DNA of 63,529 nt, filler included, from Gonapodya sp. JEL0774 (Eukaryota), in assembly GCA_027604505.1 (NCBI GenBank). It is 19 parts of 19 records of this genome, joined end to end, with 100 filler letters (N's around TTAATTAATTAA, not from the genome) between each part and the next. Parts side by side here need not be neighbours in the genome. Positions count along the whole stretch, not along the records: positions 1 to 3,260 come from JADIIX010001372.1; positions 3,361 to 6,620 come from JADIIX010001373.1; positions 6,721 to 9,980 come from JADIIX010001374.1; positions 10,081 to 13,336 come from JADIIX010001375.1; positions 13,437 to 16,692 come from JADIIX010001376.1; 14 more parts are not named here. One strand, given 5' to 3'. The number at the start of each line of letters is the position of its first letter. The first letter of the stretch is position 1. Positions 1-13,582 of the stretch are shown one piece after another. The notes beneath the pieces are model-generated. The model ran no database searches. It saw nothing but the letters and a program-made list of their open reading frames with translations, and was not told the DNA's origin. A program made the translations under genes and the position numbers.

Positions 1-1936
1 TGATGTGTACTATGAGGAGGAAATGAGGAAGGTTCGGAGTGAACTTCAGGTACGTCTCACCCTTCCTGTTTTCATGCCGTAGTACATTTCCATCACTTTC
101 CCCTCACTTAGGAGAATGTATCACGTGTCTCCTTCACCGTAGATGCGTGGACTTCCCCAAATGCTCTCCCTGTCATAGCCATCACCGCACATTGGATCGA
201 CGACCAATGGAAATTGCGGAGCACCCTCCTGAATTTTGAGGTTCTCGAGGGTTCCCATACTGGGGAACAAATGGCAAATTTGTTTATGAAGACAGTGGAG
301 GAGATGGGGGTTTTAACAAAGGTGAGTGCACTTTTGCCCGACACTATATAAGTCTTAGTCGAGGTTTGACTGCTGTGACAACTCACCCACTCGGGTCCTA
401 CAACCTAGGTTCTCGCAATCACAACTGACCACGCTTCAAGTAACAAAACAATGATGGCGTCGATAGTGAGTCTGTGTGGTGCCCGTAACATCATTGTGAA
501 GGCGCACAACCACATAGGTTGTGTTGCGCACGCAATTAATTTGGCGGTGCAGGCATCACTCAGAGAAATCAATGGCAATGCATCAGATGGGCCAGATGAG
601 GAGTTACTGGAGCAGCTGGAAAGGGCTAGGGACATGGGGTCAGTGGCAAAGGTGAGTTAGCTGTTTTTGTTTTGGGTGCAACTTTGTTCTCTCATACTTT
701 GATTAAGCTCCGTGGCGCTGTGGTGGCAATCCGAGCATCACCCTTGTGCTGCGAGAAGTTGGAGAGGGTGATGGCGACTGTAGACTTACCCAAGTTGCAG
801 CTCGTACGAGATGTCTGGACCAGGTGGAACTCAACGTTCCACATGATCCAGAGATGTCTCAAGCTTAAATTGGTGAGTGATCTCAATAACCTAGTTGAAG
901 CATGAAAGTTGCCAGATACAGTTGAGTCTGACCTTTCATTTTATAATTTACAAGGCTCTGGAACCTGTCACCTCAGTGGATCCAGCTCTGCAGAAATACC
1001 ACCTGAGTGCGCAGGAATGGGACCAGATCACAGAGTTGGCCCAATTCTTGAAGGTGAGCTTTGTGGATTTGTGGTGCATACACATTTCCGATTTAGAGTA
1101 GTCTTGCACTTCCATTCTCTGCACCAGCCCTTCGCAACTGCAACAGACCACATTGAAGGGTCCAAGTATGTGACATTGGGATCTGTGATCCCAGTGTTCA
1201 ATTTTCTCATGGATAAAGTGGAGTCTAGCACTTTTGAGGATGAGGCAGTGGAGAGAGCAAAGGCAAGTGCTTTTGCCAAATTGCGTGAGCAATATGCTGC
1301 ACGCGATTTGCCTGCATTTGTTGTTGGGTTAGGTGAGCACAGCTGCTGATTGCTCATACTCAATTCGTTAATCTTGTCTTCTACTTTTCTAATCTGATGA
1401 ATGGACACCAACCCCTTAGTTTGTGATCCTCGCATCAAGATGTCTTACTTTGAGGCACATGAGTGGGAACCAACATGGGTAGCATGGGCAAGGAAGCAGA
1501 TGGAGCAAGTGGTGCTGGACTATGTGGGTATAGTAGCAGGAGGGGATGAGGAGGAAATGGATGATGAAGGGTTGGGGAGCAGGGAGAGTTGGAGAAGTAC
1601 CTCAAGGAGGACTTGTGTGATTTCAAATCAGACCCTTTGGAGTGGTGGAAGGTAAGTGGTTATGGGGCTTCTGCCTTCTGACTTATGTGAAATGACTAAT
1701 GGATTATTGATCAAATTTCTGCTCTACAATGCTGGCAGGTGAACTCTGGACGTTTTCCAGCACTTGCACGGATAGCAAGAGACTATCTTGCTGTGCAAGG
1801 CTCAAGCGCCCCTGTAGAAAGGATCTTCTCTGGAGGGGCAGAAGTAGTAACTAAGACACGAGGAAATTTAAGTGCAGACACCCTTAGAGTAGTTATGTGT
1901 TTGAAATCTTGGTGGAATCCAAATACACCTAACTAG
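1..1936 (+). pseudogene. hAT-family transposase, multi-intron, 5'-truncated by the contig end, frameshifted
   Basis: Spliced exons give FTVDAWTS (first catalytic D), AITTDHASSN (second D), CVAHAINLAVQ (CxxH), TRWNSTFHM, and the dimerisation domain RFPALARIARDYLAVQGSSAPVERIFS (catalytic E). The frame shifts near 1580, because ELEKYLKE...DPLEWWK lies in a different frame from DPRIKMSYF. Confidence 0.92.
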
Positions 1937-2046
1937 CTAAATTTAGTAAACTACCTCCCACTTTCTCAACCATTGGTACACACATGCCGTAGGGGTAGGG
2001 GATGCAAACTACAGGGGAGGCGCTCAAAATTATCGCATTAAGTTGT

Positions 2047-2183
2047 CTGGGTTGGGTCCGGGTCGGGACGGGTCGGGTCGGACCCGGCTGGCACCCGGGT
2101 CGGGTCGGGTCCACTTTTTTGACTGACCGGGTCGAGTCGGGTCATGCAATTACCCGGCCCGACTCGGCCGGGTAGGAACGTTA
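2047..2183. repeat. Subterminal repeats and predicted right terminus of the hAT element
   Basis: Cluster of CGGGT/GGGTC/ACCCG motifs ending in ...GGTAGGAACGTTA. Its reverse complement TAACG fits the hAT terminal consensus YARNG. The sequence changes abruptly after 2183. Confidence 0.65.
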
Positions 2184-3260
2184 GTCTCCTCACAAGAACA
2201 ACATCTCCCAGCTCTAGAGGTAGGACAATCTTGCCACCCTTTGAAAGAGGTCTTAGAGAAACCCATGAGGCCTATGTGTTGACATAATACCTGTGGAACT
2301 GGTACCTTGCAATTGCTCTAGCTCCTTGCTTCTCCATCCTCTTCCTGGCCTTCAATTTTAAGAGTGTAAGTGTTTCTGCATCATAGACAGTATCTGGGAC
2401 TACAAACATTCAAGTAAGAAAAGGCAAGAACGTTTAAATGCCACACATACTTCACCTAGGCTTTTAAAGAACATGTTATCTGTACGGCCAAAAAACAACT
2501 CAAAAGGCCTGCACCCTGTTGCTGAACTAATCTCATGATTGAGAGTGTTTAACACATGTGCAAGGACATTGTTCACAGAGGCAAGTCTGGAAGCTGATAT
2601 CTAAACCATCTTGTAGGAATTGCTTCAGAGTTCTTCTCTTAGCTATCTGGTTCTTCCTTTCAATGCAACCTTGATTATTGGGTTTATATGGTGCACCATT
2701 CCTTGGCTCCACACCATATTCATTCAGCAAGTCATGAAATTCATCAGATATGAACTCCCCTCCATTATCTGACAGAACTATCTTGGGTACACCATACTGA
2801 TTGAAATTGTCACGCAAAAATTGAACAACATTCTTAGAAGCCTAAATAACATAAAATTATGTGAAGAAAGTTGGAGACACACTAATGTTGGATCTTGCCT
2901 TTGTTTTAAAAGCTTGTCCAAAGACTAGTTTGGTGAAGTGGCAAATCAACAGTAATATCCAGAAGGGACCCATCTTGGTGTAATCCAGAACATACTGCAT
3001 TTCAATAATAAAGGGTGAGGCATTATGGAAGGACAAAATGCCTTGCTTGAACATGACAGAGGATATTGTACCATCTCCTGTTTGTCAGAAGTCAGAATGG
3101 GTACAAGAGGAGCAGCAGTTGCAAGGTGCTTTTCCACTGTGCAAACAGGACACCTTTGGCAGACAGACCAAGCAACATCCGATCATGAGCACTCTGTCGC
3201 AAGAATCGGCACTTGTTGCTTTCTAGATGCCCTTCTTGAAATACTTACGCCAGAGTGCAG
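2184..3260 (-). mobile_element. Intron-containing retroviral-type (rve) integrase/transposase remnant, Ginger2/TDD-like, degenerate
   Basis: CQRCPVC zinc-knuckle half; YVLDYTK...ICHFTK; YGVPKIVLSDNGGEF; GAPYKPNNQGCIERKNQ (DDE core). Apparent introns at 2995-3071 (GT-AG) and ~2842-2898 (GC-AG). In-frame stops are present. Confidence 0.75.
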
Positions 3261-3360
3261 NNNNNNNNNNNNNNNNNNNNNNNNNNNNNNNNNNNNNNNN
3301 NNNNTTAATTAATTAANNNNNNNNNNNNNNNNNNNNNNNNNNNNNNNNNNNNNNNNNNNN
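3261..3360. other. Artificial contig-joining linker (first of 18)
   Basis: 44 N + TTAATTAATTAA (stops in all six frames) + 44 N. It recurs starting at 6621, 9981, 13337, 16693, 20049, 23403, 26755, 30107, 33458, 36805, 40151, 43497, 46839, 50181, 53522, 56860 and 60195. Segment lengths decrease from 3260 to 3235 bp. Confidence 0.98.
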
Positions 3361-5400
<2,040 letters not shown>

Positions 5401-6720
5401 ACGACCTTCCCGCCCGAGTGCTGCTGGCCACCAAAGTTCCCAGTGAGGGTTCGGTGGTCTCGATCGAGTGGCGCATGTCGTGCACTATCGGGCGTTCATG
5501 TAGATTTTATATAAATTTTCCCATCATTTGGTGTGTGGCATGTGGAGTTTGGAAGGGGAAAATAGATTTGTCACTTGCAACGGAACGCGTTTGCCGCGTG
5601 TGTGCGCAGCGGGTGACGTGATGAGCGTCCCAATATTTCCCAGACAAAGCCTGCATTGGTATGCGTATTGAGTGCGCAACGTAAACAATCGACCCGAAGA
5701 CTCCAATTAGTTAAGTCTGGCGCAAAACTTTCATATCGAAACAAACCCCACCTCGATCTTCCGAATCACTGTAAGTGAAAGGTGAAGAACATAAGCAATG
5801 TGTCTAACATACATTTATTCACAAGGAGGAAGTGATTCGATGTACTTTATGTCTGGGCTTTCCACACGGTCGTTTTGAGACTTCATCCTTGGAATGCCCC
5901 AACGTTACCACTCTATTACACGTAGACGACACAACGCTAGCGGAAGATAATGCTTGTGTCCTCACCGCCCTCAATGACTGGTAGATCCACTGTAGATCCG
6001 TACATATACCGAAGTACAAGAAATGGGATCTTAGAGTTACAGAAGACGATGTCTTTGAGACCTCGCGAAATAAATTCGTGTCGCCATCTCGAGGTTTTGC
6101 CGGGTGCAAACCCTGTCGGAAGCAGCGTAGTCAGGTGTGCCCGATCAGCGCACAGCTGAAACTTTGATAACAACGAAGCCGCAATGGAACCAGCAAGCTC
6201 GACGACGAGTGGAGTGAACATCAAGCGGAGACCGTCGCACTTCCCTAAGCCGTCGAAGGGCGGTCAATTCCGTGAGCGATTCAAACCTCGGATCATCCTG
6301 AAGTTTTGTTTCCGAGTTCCGAGGAGCTCACCCCTCCGACCTGCGCTTGATCGGCCACACAGATGCTGCTCTTGAGCTCAAGTTTCTGCGAACTGCGACC
6401 AGAGAATTCGAGCCGGAGTTGGGTGGGTCGCTGGAGTCCGCTTTATGGACAGGAGAGATTGACGATCAGTTTTTGACCGGGGTGTCGCCGTTTGGGTGAG
6501 TTGGTAAGGAAGCAGCGGTTGTGAAATGCTGCGATGGCTGATCGTGTGGTGCTCTGCTAGTGGATACATTGTAAGCATCATCCTGGAATCTACCAGAAGG
6601 GAGGTCCGGAGATTGGGGATNNNNNNNNNNNNNNNNNNNNNNNNNNNNNNNNNNNNNNNNNNNNTTAATTAATTAANNNNNNNNNNNNNNNNNNNNNNNN
6701 NNNNNNNNNNNNNNNNNNNN

Positions 6721-9021
6721 CACCGTAAGTGGTGAGCGGCTCACGATGCGACTGCGGAATATGTTCTTCCGGAGTGTGTTGCAGCAGGAGGTCTGTTTGA
6801 TAAACACGACCGTTGACACTCAATATCGCGGAAAGATTCAATATGCAATCTCGTTCAAATTAGGTTGCATTTTTCGACAATCCCCGCCGGAACACCGGTG
6901 TTTTGACTGCAAAACTTGCAGACGACGCCACCCAAGTAAAAGGACTTTTTGGTCAGATGTTGGGTACCATCGTTCAGCTTGCCGGAACCGTTATTGGAGG
7001 TCTTGTTATTGCTTTTGCGAACAACTGGAAGGTGAGTTTCGTTAAAAGCAATCTGTCATGCCTCTTGAAGCATAAACCTGTGCCGATTCACTTTCGAAAA
7101 TGATAGGTGACCCTGGTCATCCTTGCAAGTGTGCCTGTGATGGTCATCGGGACAACAGTGCAAAGCAAGCAAATGATGAAATTCCACAAGATTGGGCAGG
7201 TTGAGCAACTTGAGACAAGCAAGATTGCTACAGAGGTTGGTACTTGGTTGATCAATGGTATTTTGCTTCCGCCACTGATGTAATTCGACGACGCTAGACA
7301 ATTTCTAACATCCGCACTGTAGCCACACTTGGAAAGGAGACCTTCTTTGCTGATCTCTACAATGCGGATCTGGAAGCACCTTTTGTGAAAGAGGCCAAAG
7401 GAGCAGTAGTATCAGGTATCGGGGCAGGCTTAGCCGCTGGCATTCAATTTCTGGTGCTCGCTTTGGGCTGGTGGTGCGTTTTGCGTGGATGATGTCGTTC
7501 TATGTTCCGTTTTTTCGTAACTCGGTGGTTCTCATTACTCAACTTAGGTATAGCTCGTTACTGGTTACAAGTGGGGAAGCAAGCCCATCAAGTGTACAAC
7601 AAGCGGTCTTCGCGGTGTTTTTCATGGGCGCCTCCGTTGGTGAGTCAAGATGATGCAATCTCTCCCTGCCTTCACAGTTCCATTTGTTCAACTTTCGCCT
7701 GCACCCTCAGGTCGAGTGAGCTCTATGATGCCGTCAATTTCGAAGTGCCAGGTGGCTGCCATCTCGATTTTTGATATCGTTGACCGAAAACCCGAGCTCG
7801 ACGCCCAAACCGACGAAGGTGACAAACCCCCTCCCACCGGTGAGGCGAAGTTCGAGAAGGTGGAATTCAAGTATCCATACCGGAACAACACTCAAGTTCT
7901 GGGGGGACTAAATGCGATAGCAGATGCAGGACGCTCAGTTGCATTTGTTGGTCCCTCTGGGTAAGTGTCGAACATAGTTGAGGAGCCTTGTTGAGAAAAA
8001 AGCTGAACCTCAGTTTTTATTTAGGTGTGGGAAGTCAACTGCGATGGCTCTTCTAGAAAGATTCTACGATGTTTCCAATGGAGGACTGACAATCGACGGC
8101 GAAGATGTTCGAAAGTGGAACTTGAAAGCACTTCGTCAGCGAATGGCTATTGTTGGTCAGGTGGGTATGGAAATACTGTTGCACGTTCTCACCTTCTTCA
8201 CAAGTCACCGGTCGCTCACCTACCGTTCTCAGGAACCTGTTCTGTTTGAAGGGACGATTTGGGAGGTGAGCACAGCTATGCTGTTGGTCATTTCACTGTT
8301 TCATCAGTGACCATCCCTTCATCTGACAGAACATCGCCTATGGCAAACCTGAGGGAGCACCTCCTGCGACTCAGGAGGAGATTGAAGCAGCCGCACGGAA
8401 AGCCAATGCTTATGATTACATAAAAGACCTCCCTGACGGTTTCCAGACTCTTGTAGGCGAACGTGGAGGTTTGATGAGTGGGGGTCAAAAACAACGCATT
8501 GCTATCGCAAGAGCCATGATCCGGAACCCAACTATTCTATTGTTGGATGAAGCAACATCCGCTTTGGATTCAGAATCGGAGCACATCGTGCAAGAGGCTC
8601 TTGATTCCGCTGCTGAAGGTGTGTTTTTCATATTTCCTTCCCGAAACATTCAATAATTTCAACGAATATTCGTGCTCATCTTGTGTAGGGCGAACTACCA
8701 TCACCATTGCGCATCGTCTGAGTACCATTCAGAACTGCCATCGGATATATGTGTTCCAGGTGCGTTAGCATTGCTTATCAGGTTTTGGAACAAAATTTTA
8801 TATCTTTCATCGGGTTTCAGGCTGGTGTTGTTGTTGAAGAGGGGAATCACGCGGAGCTTTTAGCCCGCCGTGGATTGTACTGGTGAGTCGGACCTACATT
8901 CGCATTCAAATCTTTTCTGTTTGATCGTCACTCACGCCACGTGCATCGTAGGGAATTGTGTCAACAGCAGGGCCTGGGAATGAACAAACCCGAAGCGGTT
9001 CCGTCGCAAGCCACTCTTTAA
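6721..9021 (+). CDS. ABCB/MDR (P-glycoprotein-like) transporter, C-terminal TMD2-NBD2, multi-exon
   Basis: [10 protein letters not shown], Walker A GPSG|CGKST, Q-loop IVGQ|EPVLF, signature [14 protein letters not shown], Walker [21 protein letters not shown]. Stop at 9019-9021. Confidence 0.95.
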
Positions 9022-9423
9022 CAGTGGTATTAGTGTCATAATTGTCACTATATTATGCGATTCCAACATCCCCTGTTAGAGAATAATGCAAAGCTTTTAT
9101 TTAACGTATCACCGAGCGAACTGATGATCCTGCGCAATGCAATGTATTCTAGTCCTGACTTTCCGATATGCATAGCGAACAATCAATCATGACGGAGTGA
9201 TTTCGCATTGGAATGCACATACATATACGGATTCTGAAATCATTTTGGTATTGTATATGGCCGACTGTACACAGAAGGAACGACCAAGTTAGGTCGCAAC
9301 TTTGCATAAAATTTGTCTCACTAACAAGGTAAAACTTTTGAGTTCCATGAAATTATAGAATAACGTATGTACCGTAGAGCATTAATCTCGTCGTCCATCT
9401 GGCGACTATCACACTACATTTCT

Positions 9424-9980
9424 CTACTTATCGACTTCCTTCGGCTCGACATCCAAGCTCCTCTTCCACCCCACTTCATCCCCCGCAGCAGCCTGCAAAC
9501 TCCACGCCTCCACCAAGCACTTTTGTACCGCCGCGTCGGGTTCCACCTCTGTGTATCTTCGCATTTGGCAAGCGAGAATGCCTGACAACACTCGCGACGT
9601 GAGAAGACGTTTCGAAAAGTTTATGTGGAGGACGGGAGGTGAGGCGGAGTGATGGTCAAGTGAAAGTGGGCTCGACGTAGCGTCAGACAAAGATGGAGGA
9701 TGATTGGGGTCTGACGGCGAGACAGCCACCGTATCGGGATTCCCATCATCAAGAAATGTGAGCTCCGTCAGATGAACGCCCAAATACGGTATCTTTGGTA
9801 CGGCTGCCGCTGCAAACGCCGCCCGATACTTGGCATAGTTCTGCTTGGGTGAGAGTGTGTCACTTATATCTCTGAGCTTGTCCTTGCTCTTATCTGAGAC
9901 GTGAGCCCACGTCTTTTTCAGTCGTGAGATCGGGGCCGACTCCAGTGCTGAAACCACTGCCAGTGCAGAGTCGAAATTGC
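9424..9980 (-). CDS. RasGEF (CDC25-type) domain protein, C-terminal part
   Basis: NFDSALAVVSALESAPISRLKKTW, NYAKYR, IPYLGVHLTELTFLDDGNPD, INFSKR, SLDVEPK. Confidence 0.9.
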
Positions 9981-10559
9981 NNNNNNNNNNNNNNNNNNNN
10001 NNNNNNNNNNNNNNNNNNNNNNNNTTAATTAATTAANNNNNNNNNNNNNNNNNNNNNNNNNNNNNNNNNNNNNNNNNNNNGGTTTCCCCAATATCTGTGA
10101 CTGGAAGTCCCAATTCACCCACGCTCCTCCCAAACCCATGATGAGAAGTGCCCGGACTGCCAGGAATGTTTCATGTCACGCCACCGAGTGGAGAACCGGA
10201 CAAGAGAAATTTGAGCGACAGGTGTATTGATATGACGAGATGGACTTTAGTGTGCCGTGGCTTACCAGGCCCATCACCAAAAACCTGGCGCGTGATGGCC
10301 GCCGGGCGAAAGACGATCAGAGAATCGTAAAGCTATTTTCAGGCTTTGAGTTTCCAGTACCTCGTAGTGTATTTCAGTGGGAATACCGCGCGATACTCCC
10401 ACGGGCGCGGAAGGCATGCTTGGAAAGAAAGCTCGAGTTTGTGCGGGTGAGATGCGTGCCGTGAGGTGCGGCAGACTGATAATCTCAAGAATGTTACACA
10501 ATGTTGATTGCAAATGTGATCTGTTTTACGTTCAAAATTTGCATTTTTGGATCGAAAGT

Positions 10560-11977
10560 TCATCTCCTCCTGGTCCCGCCGTATCCGGTGCTGGTGTGCG
10601 TTGTTCCCCCAGAGCTCGAAGATGAACCGTTCGAGCTGGATTCTCGAGCCCTCTGTGATGAGGAGTCTGATGAAGCCGAGAATGTGCTGGGAGTAGACGG
10701 AGATCCGAACCAGGAAGTAAAGCTCGACTCCGAGGTTCGTTGTTGTTCGTGGGGAATTGGGGGTGCTCGGAAAGGGTACGTCTGGGCGGGTGGAGGCCGT
10801 GCATATCTATTGTAATGTGATAATGTGGATGGGTCAGTTTGTGTTCAACTTAGTCGACTCTCGTCCGCTGCTCCTGCGTTCTGACATCAGGTAACATGTA
10901 ACTCACTCTGGACGTGAGCGCTCTCTACGCGCTCCCATGTAATCTCCACCCAGGTATCCCATCCCCAGACCGGTCCAGAAACCTGGTGTTGGCCAACTTG
11001 ATGTTGACGAGCCACTCCCGACACCTCCTCCAGCAGTAGTGTGTGGAGACGAAGACGATGGCTTGAAATCTGGAGAGAATATAGAATATGAATGTTGATG
11101 AAAGGCTCGCAATATTTCACCGAAGAATTGATCCTCACTCTGTGGTGGAACTCCCCGTGGTGAGTAAGGTGGCGGAGGATCGTTATCATCTCCTCCACCT
11201 CCACCTCCACCGCCCGGTCCACCACCAAATCCTGGGCCGTTGTTCCCTCCATCTGGCCCTGATCCTCCGGATCCCGAGAATGGCGGAATGGTGCAGAGCC
11301 ACAGAACGAGAAACACGAAAATCATGAAAATGAGGAAGGAGTAGATGTTCGCTAGTAGATCTGAAGAGTGGTCTTCTTGTGAACTATCGGAAATGGGGAC
11401 TTCAGACGGGCGATTCTCTTTCCGTTGTGCCTCAGCTCGCACTTTAGCTTTGGCAGTGTAGTGAAGTGTGTCTGACCAGCGGCATGTCCACAGTATGAGC
11501 GAATCCATAGCATTATGAAAAGCGTAAAGAAAGAGAGTCAGATGTGCCTGTGGGGACTCAATCTCTTGACTGTTTTTGCTCACATTCGACTCCACAACTT
11601 CCGCTGACGATTTTCTCGTCATCTGGCCCACTCCACCCTTCACAGGCAACATCTGTCGTTCCCAGACGAAGTCCATCTTCAAGCTCAGCCTGACACCTCC
11701 ACTGAACGTCGCGCCCGTCGAATCCAACATTGGTACATTGAATCACCTCGGGAACAAATTCAGAGCAGGCATCTCCGCCCACGCACGCGATCTGCGGAAC
11801 AGGCTTTCCCTTCCGAGACGTGCTCATCTGTCCATTGCGGAAGGTCAGGGTGGTGACAGACCGAAGGTCAATAGGTTTCAACTTGGTGTCCTTCTTAGCT
11901 GCGTCCACTTCAACGAGAGACAGTAGAAGGAAAGACGAGCAAAGAAACGTCACGTAGAGTTTTGTGCTTCGAAACAT
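10560..11977 (-). CDS. SARAF: SARAF/TMEM66 (DUF1183) homologue, complete, multi-exon
   Basis: Signal peptide; TLTFRNGQMSTSRK..PVPQIACVGG..C..FVPEVIQCTNVGFDGRDVQWRC; one TM helix; PPPPYS; PGFWTGLGMG; C-terminal TSTGYGGTRRR*. Confidence 0.9.
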
Positions 11978-12173
11978 CTGTGTGGGTGTTCCGTAACCTG
12001 TTGGAATCGTTGGGGTTTTTTTGAAAACTAGAAACGCAAGCTGATCGTGTTGCTGTGGGCGGAGGCACGAAATGACCTGGCAAATGCCGGCAAATTTGAG
12101 ATTTGTGTACTTTGCCTACGAGAATCCTTTGCGTATGAGAAATACAGTGGATCGCATTGGTATCCTTCTCTGC

Positions 12174-13333
12174 TCATATTGACTCCAACAAAGTAATTGC
12201 TTTACCGTCGCCTCCGACCATTTCCCCGCTAATGGGATTTCGAGCAAGTTCCTCCAATAACTCTTCTTCAAGTTGCTCCCAAACTTCGTGTCGCCCACCG
12301 CCAAGAACCAGTCGCATAGCGTTATGGAATCGGATGGAATGAACAACTGCATCGTGACCCCCGATCGCGTTCGACAGGCTCGCCATTCCACTCTGAGCTT
12401 CTCGGATACCAAGACGCATGAGATCGAGGACAAATACAGAAAAATGAGGTGCTAGAAGGGTCATGGGCCCATTGCCTCGCGAGGAAGAGAACACTGGTGG
12501 ATCTTCTGTCTCTCCTGCTGTATATCGACGATACGGAGAGAAAATGACATAGAACTTTGCAGTTTCGAGAGTGCGAAGACGATTACCGCCAGGTGCAGCA
12601 ACCGAATCACTCGCTTCCACGTCCGTAATGTGTGTGACAATTGTTAAGCGATGTGTCCCGTATTGTCGAGCTTCAGTGTTATTCTCCGGAACAAGCTCCA
12701 GCGAGGTAGTGAGCTGGGCAATACTGGTCAAAGAGAACCCATTGTGGCGACAGAGCTACAATGGCGAGGGGGAAAGTTGGTTCGGGGATAGTATAGAGCC
12801 AGGTTGCCTGGGTCGACAACAACGCACCATGCCAAAAATCATTTCGATATCCAGAATCTTGTAGAAACTCCTCACAGCGAGCGGAAGTCGCTCCATTCTT
12901 CGTCGTTGTTCGATCCATGAAAGGGCTCTTCCTCTCTCCACCGACAACGTCCAGTTGATTGGCATATCGTCATCATCCTCAATGGAGGCAAAGTCACGAC
13001 TGCGCAGAAAGATGTCCAAGAGTGCCATATGGTGAACATGTCGACGCTCCCAAGTTAGGAACACCGTTTTGGCGTTGCTCACACTCAAATGTCGAAGGTG
13101 GATCGCCTCTGGACGAAAGATGAGCAAGGCATACGCACTCAAGGAAACTCCAGTTCTAGATGTGACAGGAGGTGCTCACTTGACTGCTGAATTTGAAGAG
13201 CTCGACTCCAAATCAACGTCGAGGTCGCGACCACATCACGCCACTGTTGGCAGACAAGCTCACAAGAAGCAAGGTCTAGATAATGCGCAAACGATAGAAG
13301 ATGCTCGAGGAGTTCGGGAGGGAGTTGATTCAT
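12174..13333 (-). CDS. F-box domain protein, probably multi-exon
   Basis: The N-terminus MNQLPPELLEHLLSFAHYLDLASCELVCQQWRDVV is a typical F-box. Downstream ORFs lie on the same strand. The 3' end is uncertain. Confidence 0.65.
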
Positions 13334-13582
13334 TGCNNNNNNNNNNNNNNNNNNNNNNNNNNNNNNNNNNNNNNNNNNNNTTAATTAATTAANNNNNNNN
13401 NNNNNNNNNNNNNNNNNNNNNNNNNNNNNNNNNNNNCGAAACACAACCTTGAGGAGCGCACTGGATCGGAAATTCGGATGTGTCACGGTGGAGTGGAGGG
13501 CCCATATGGCGGATCGTACGACCTGGTCGTTCGTGGGCAAGTCAATCAAACACCACCCAACAGAGAAGACAAGTCGCACGTA

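Noticed and set aside
3305..3316. Recurrent TTAATTAATTAA as a biological motif, and ORFs running into X-tracts
   Set aside because: It is an artificial linker between contigs.
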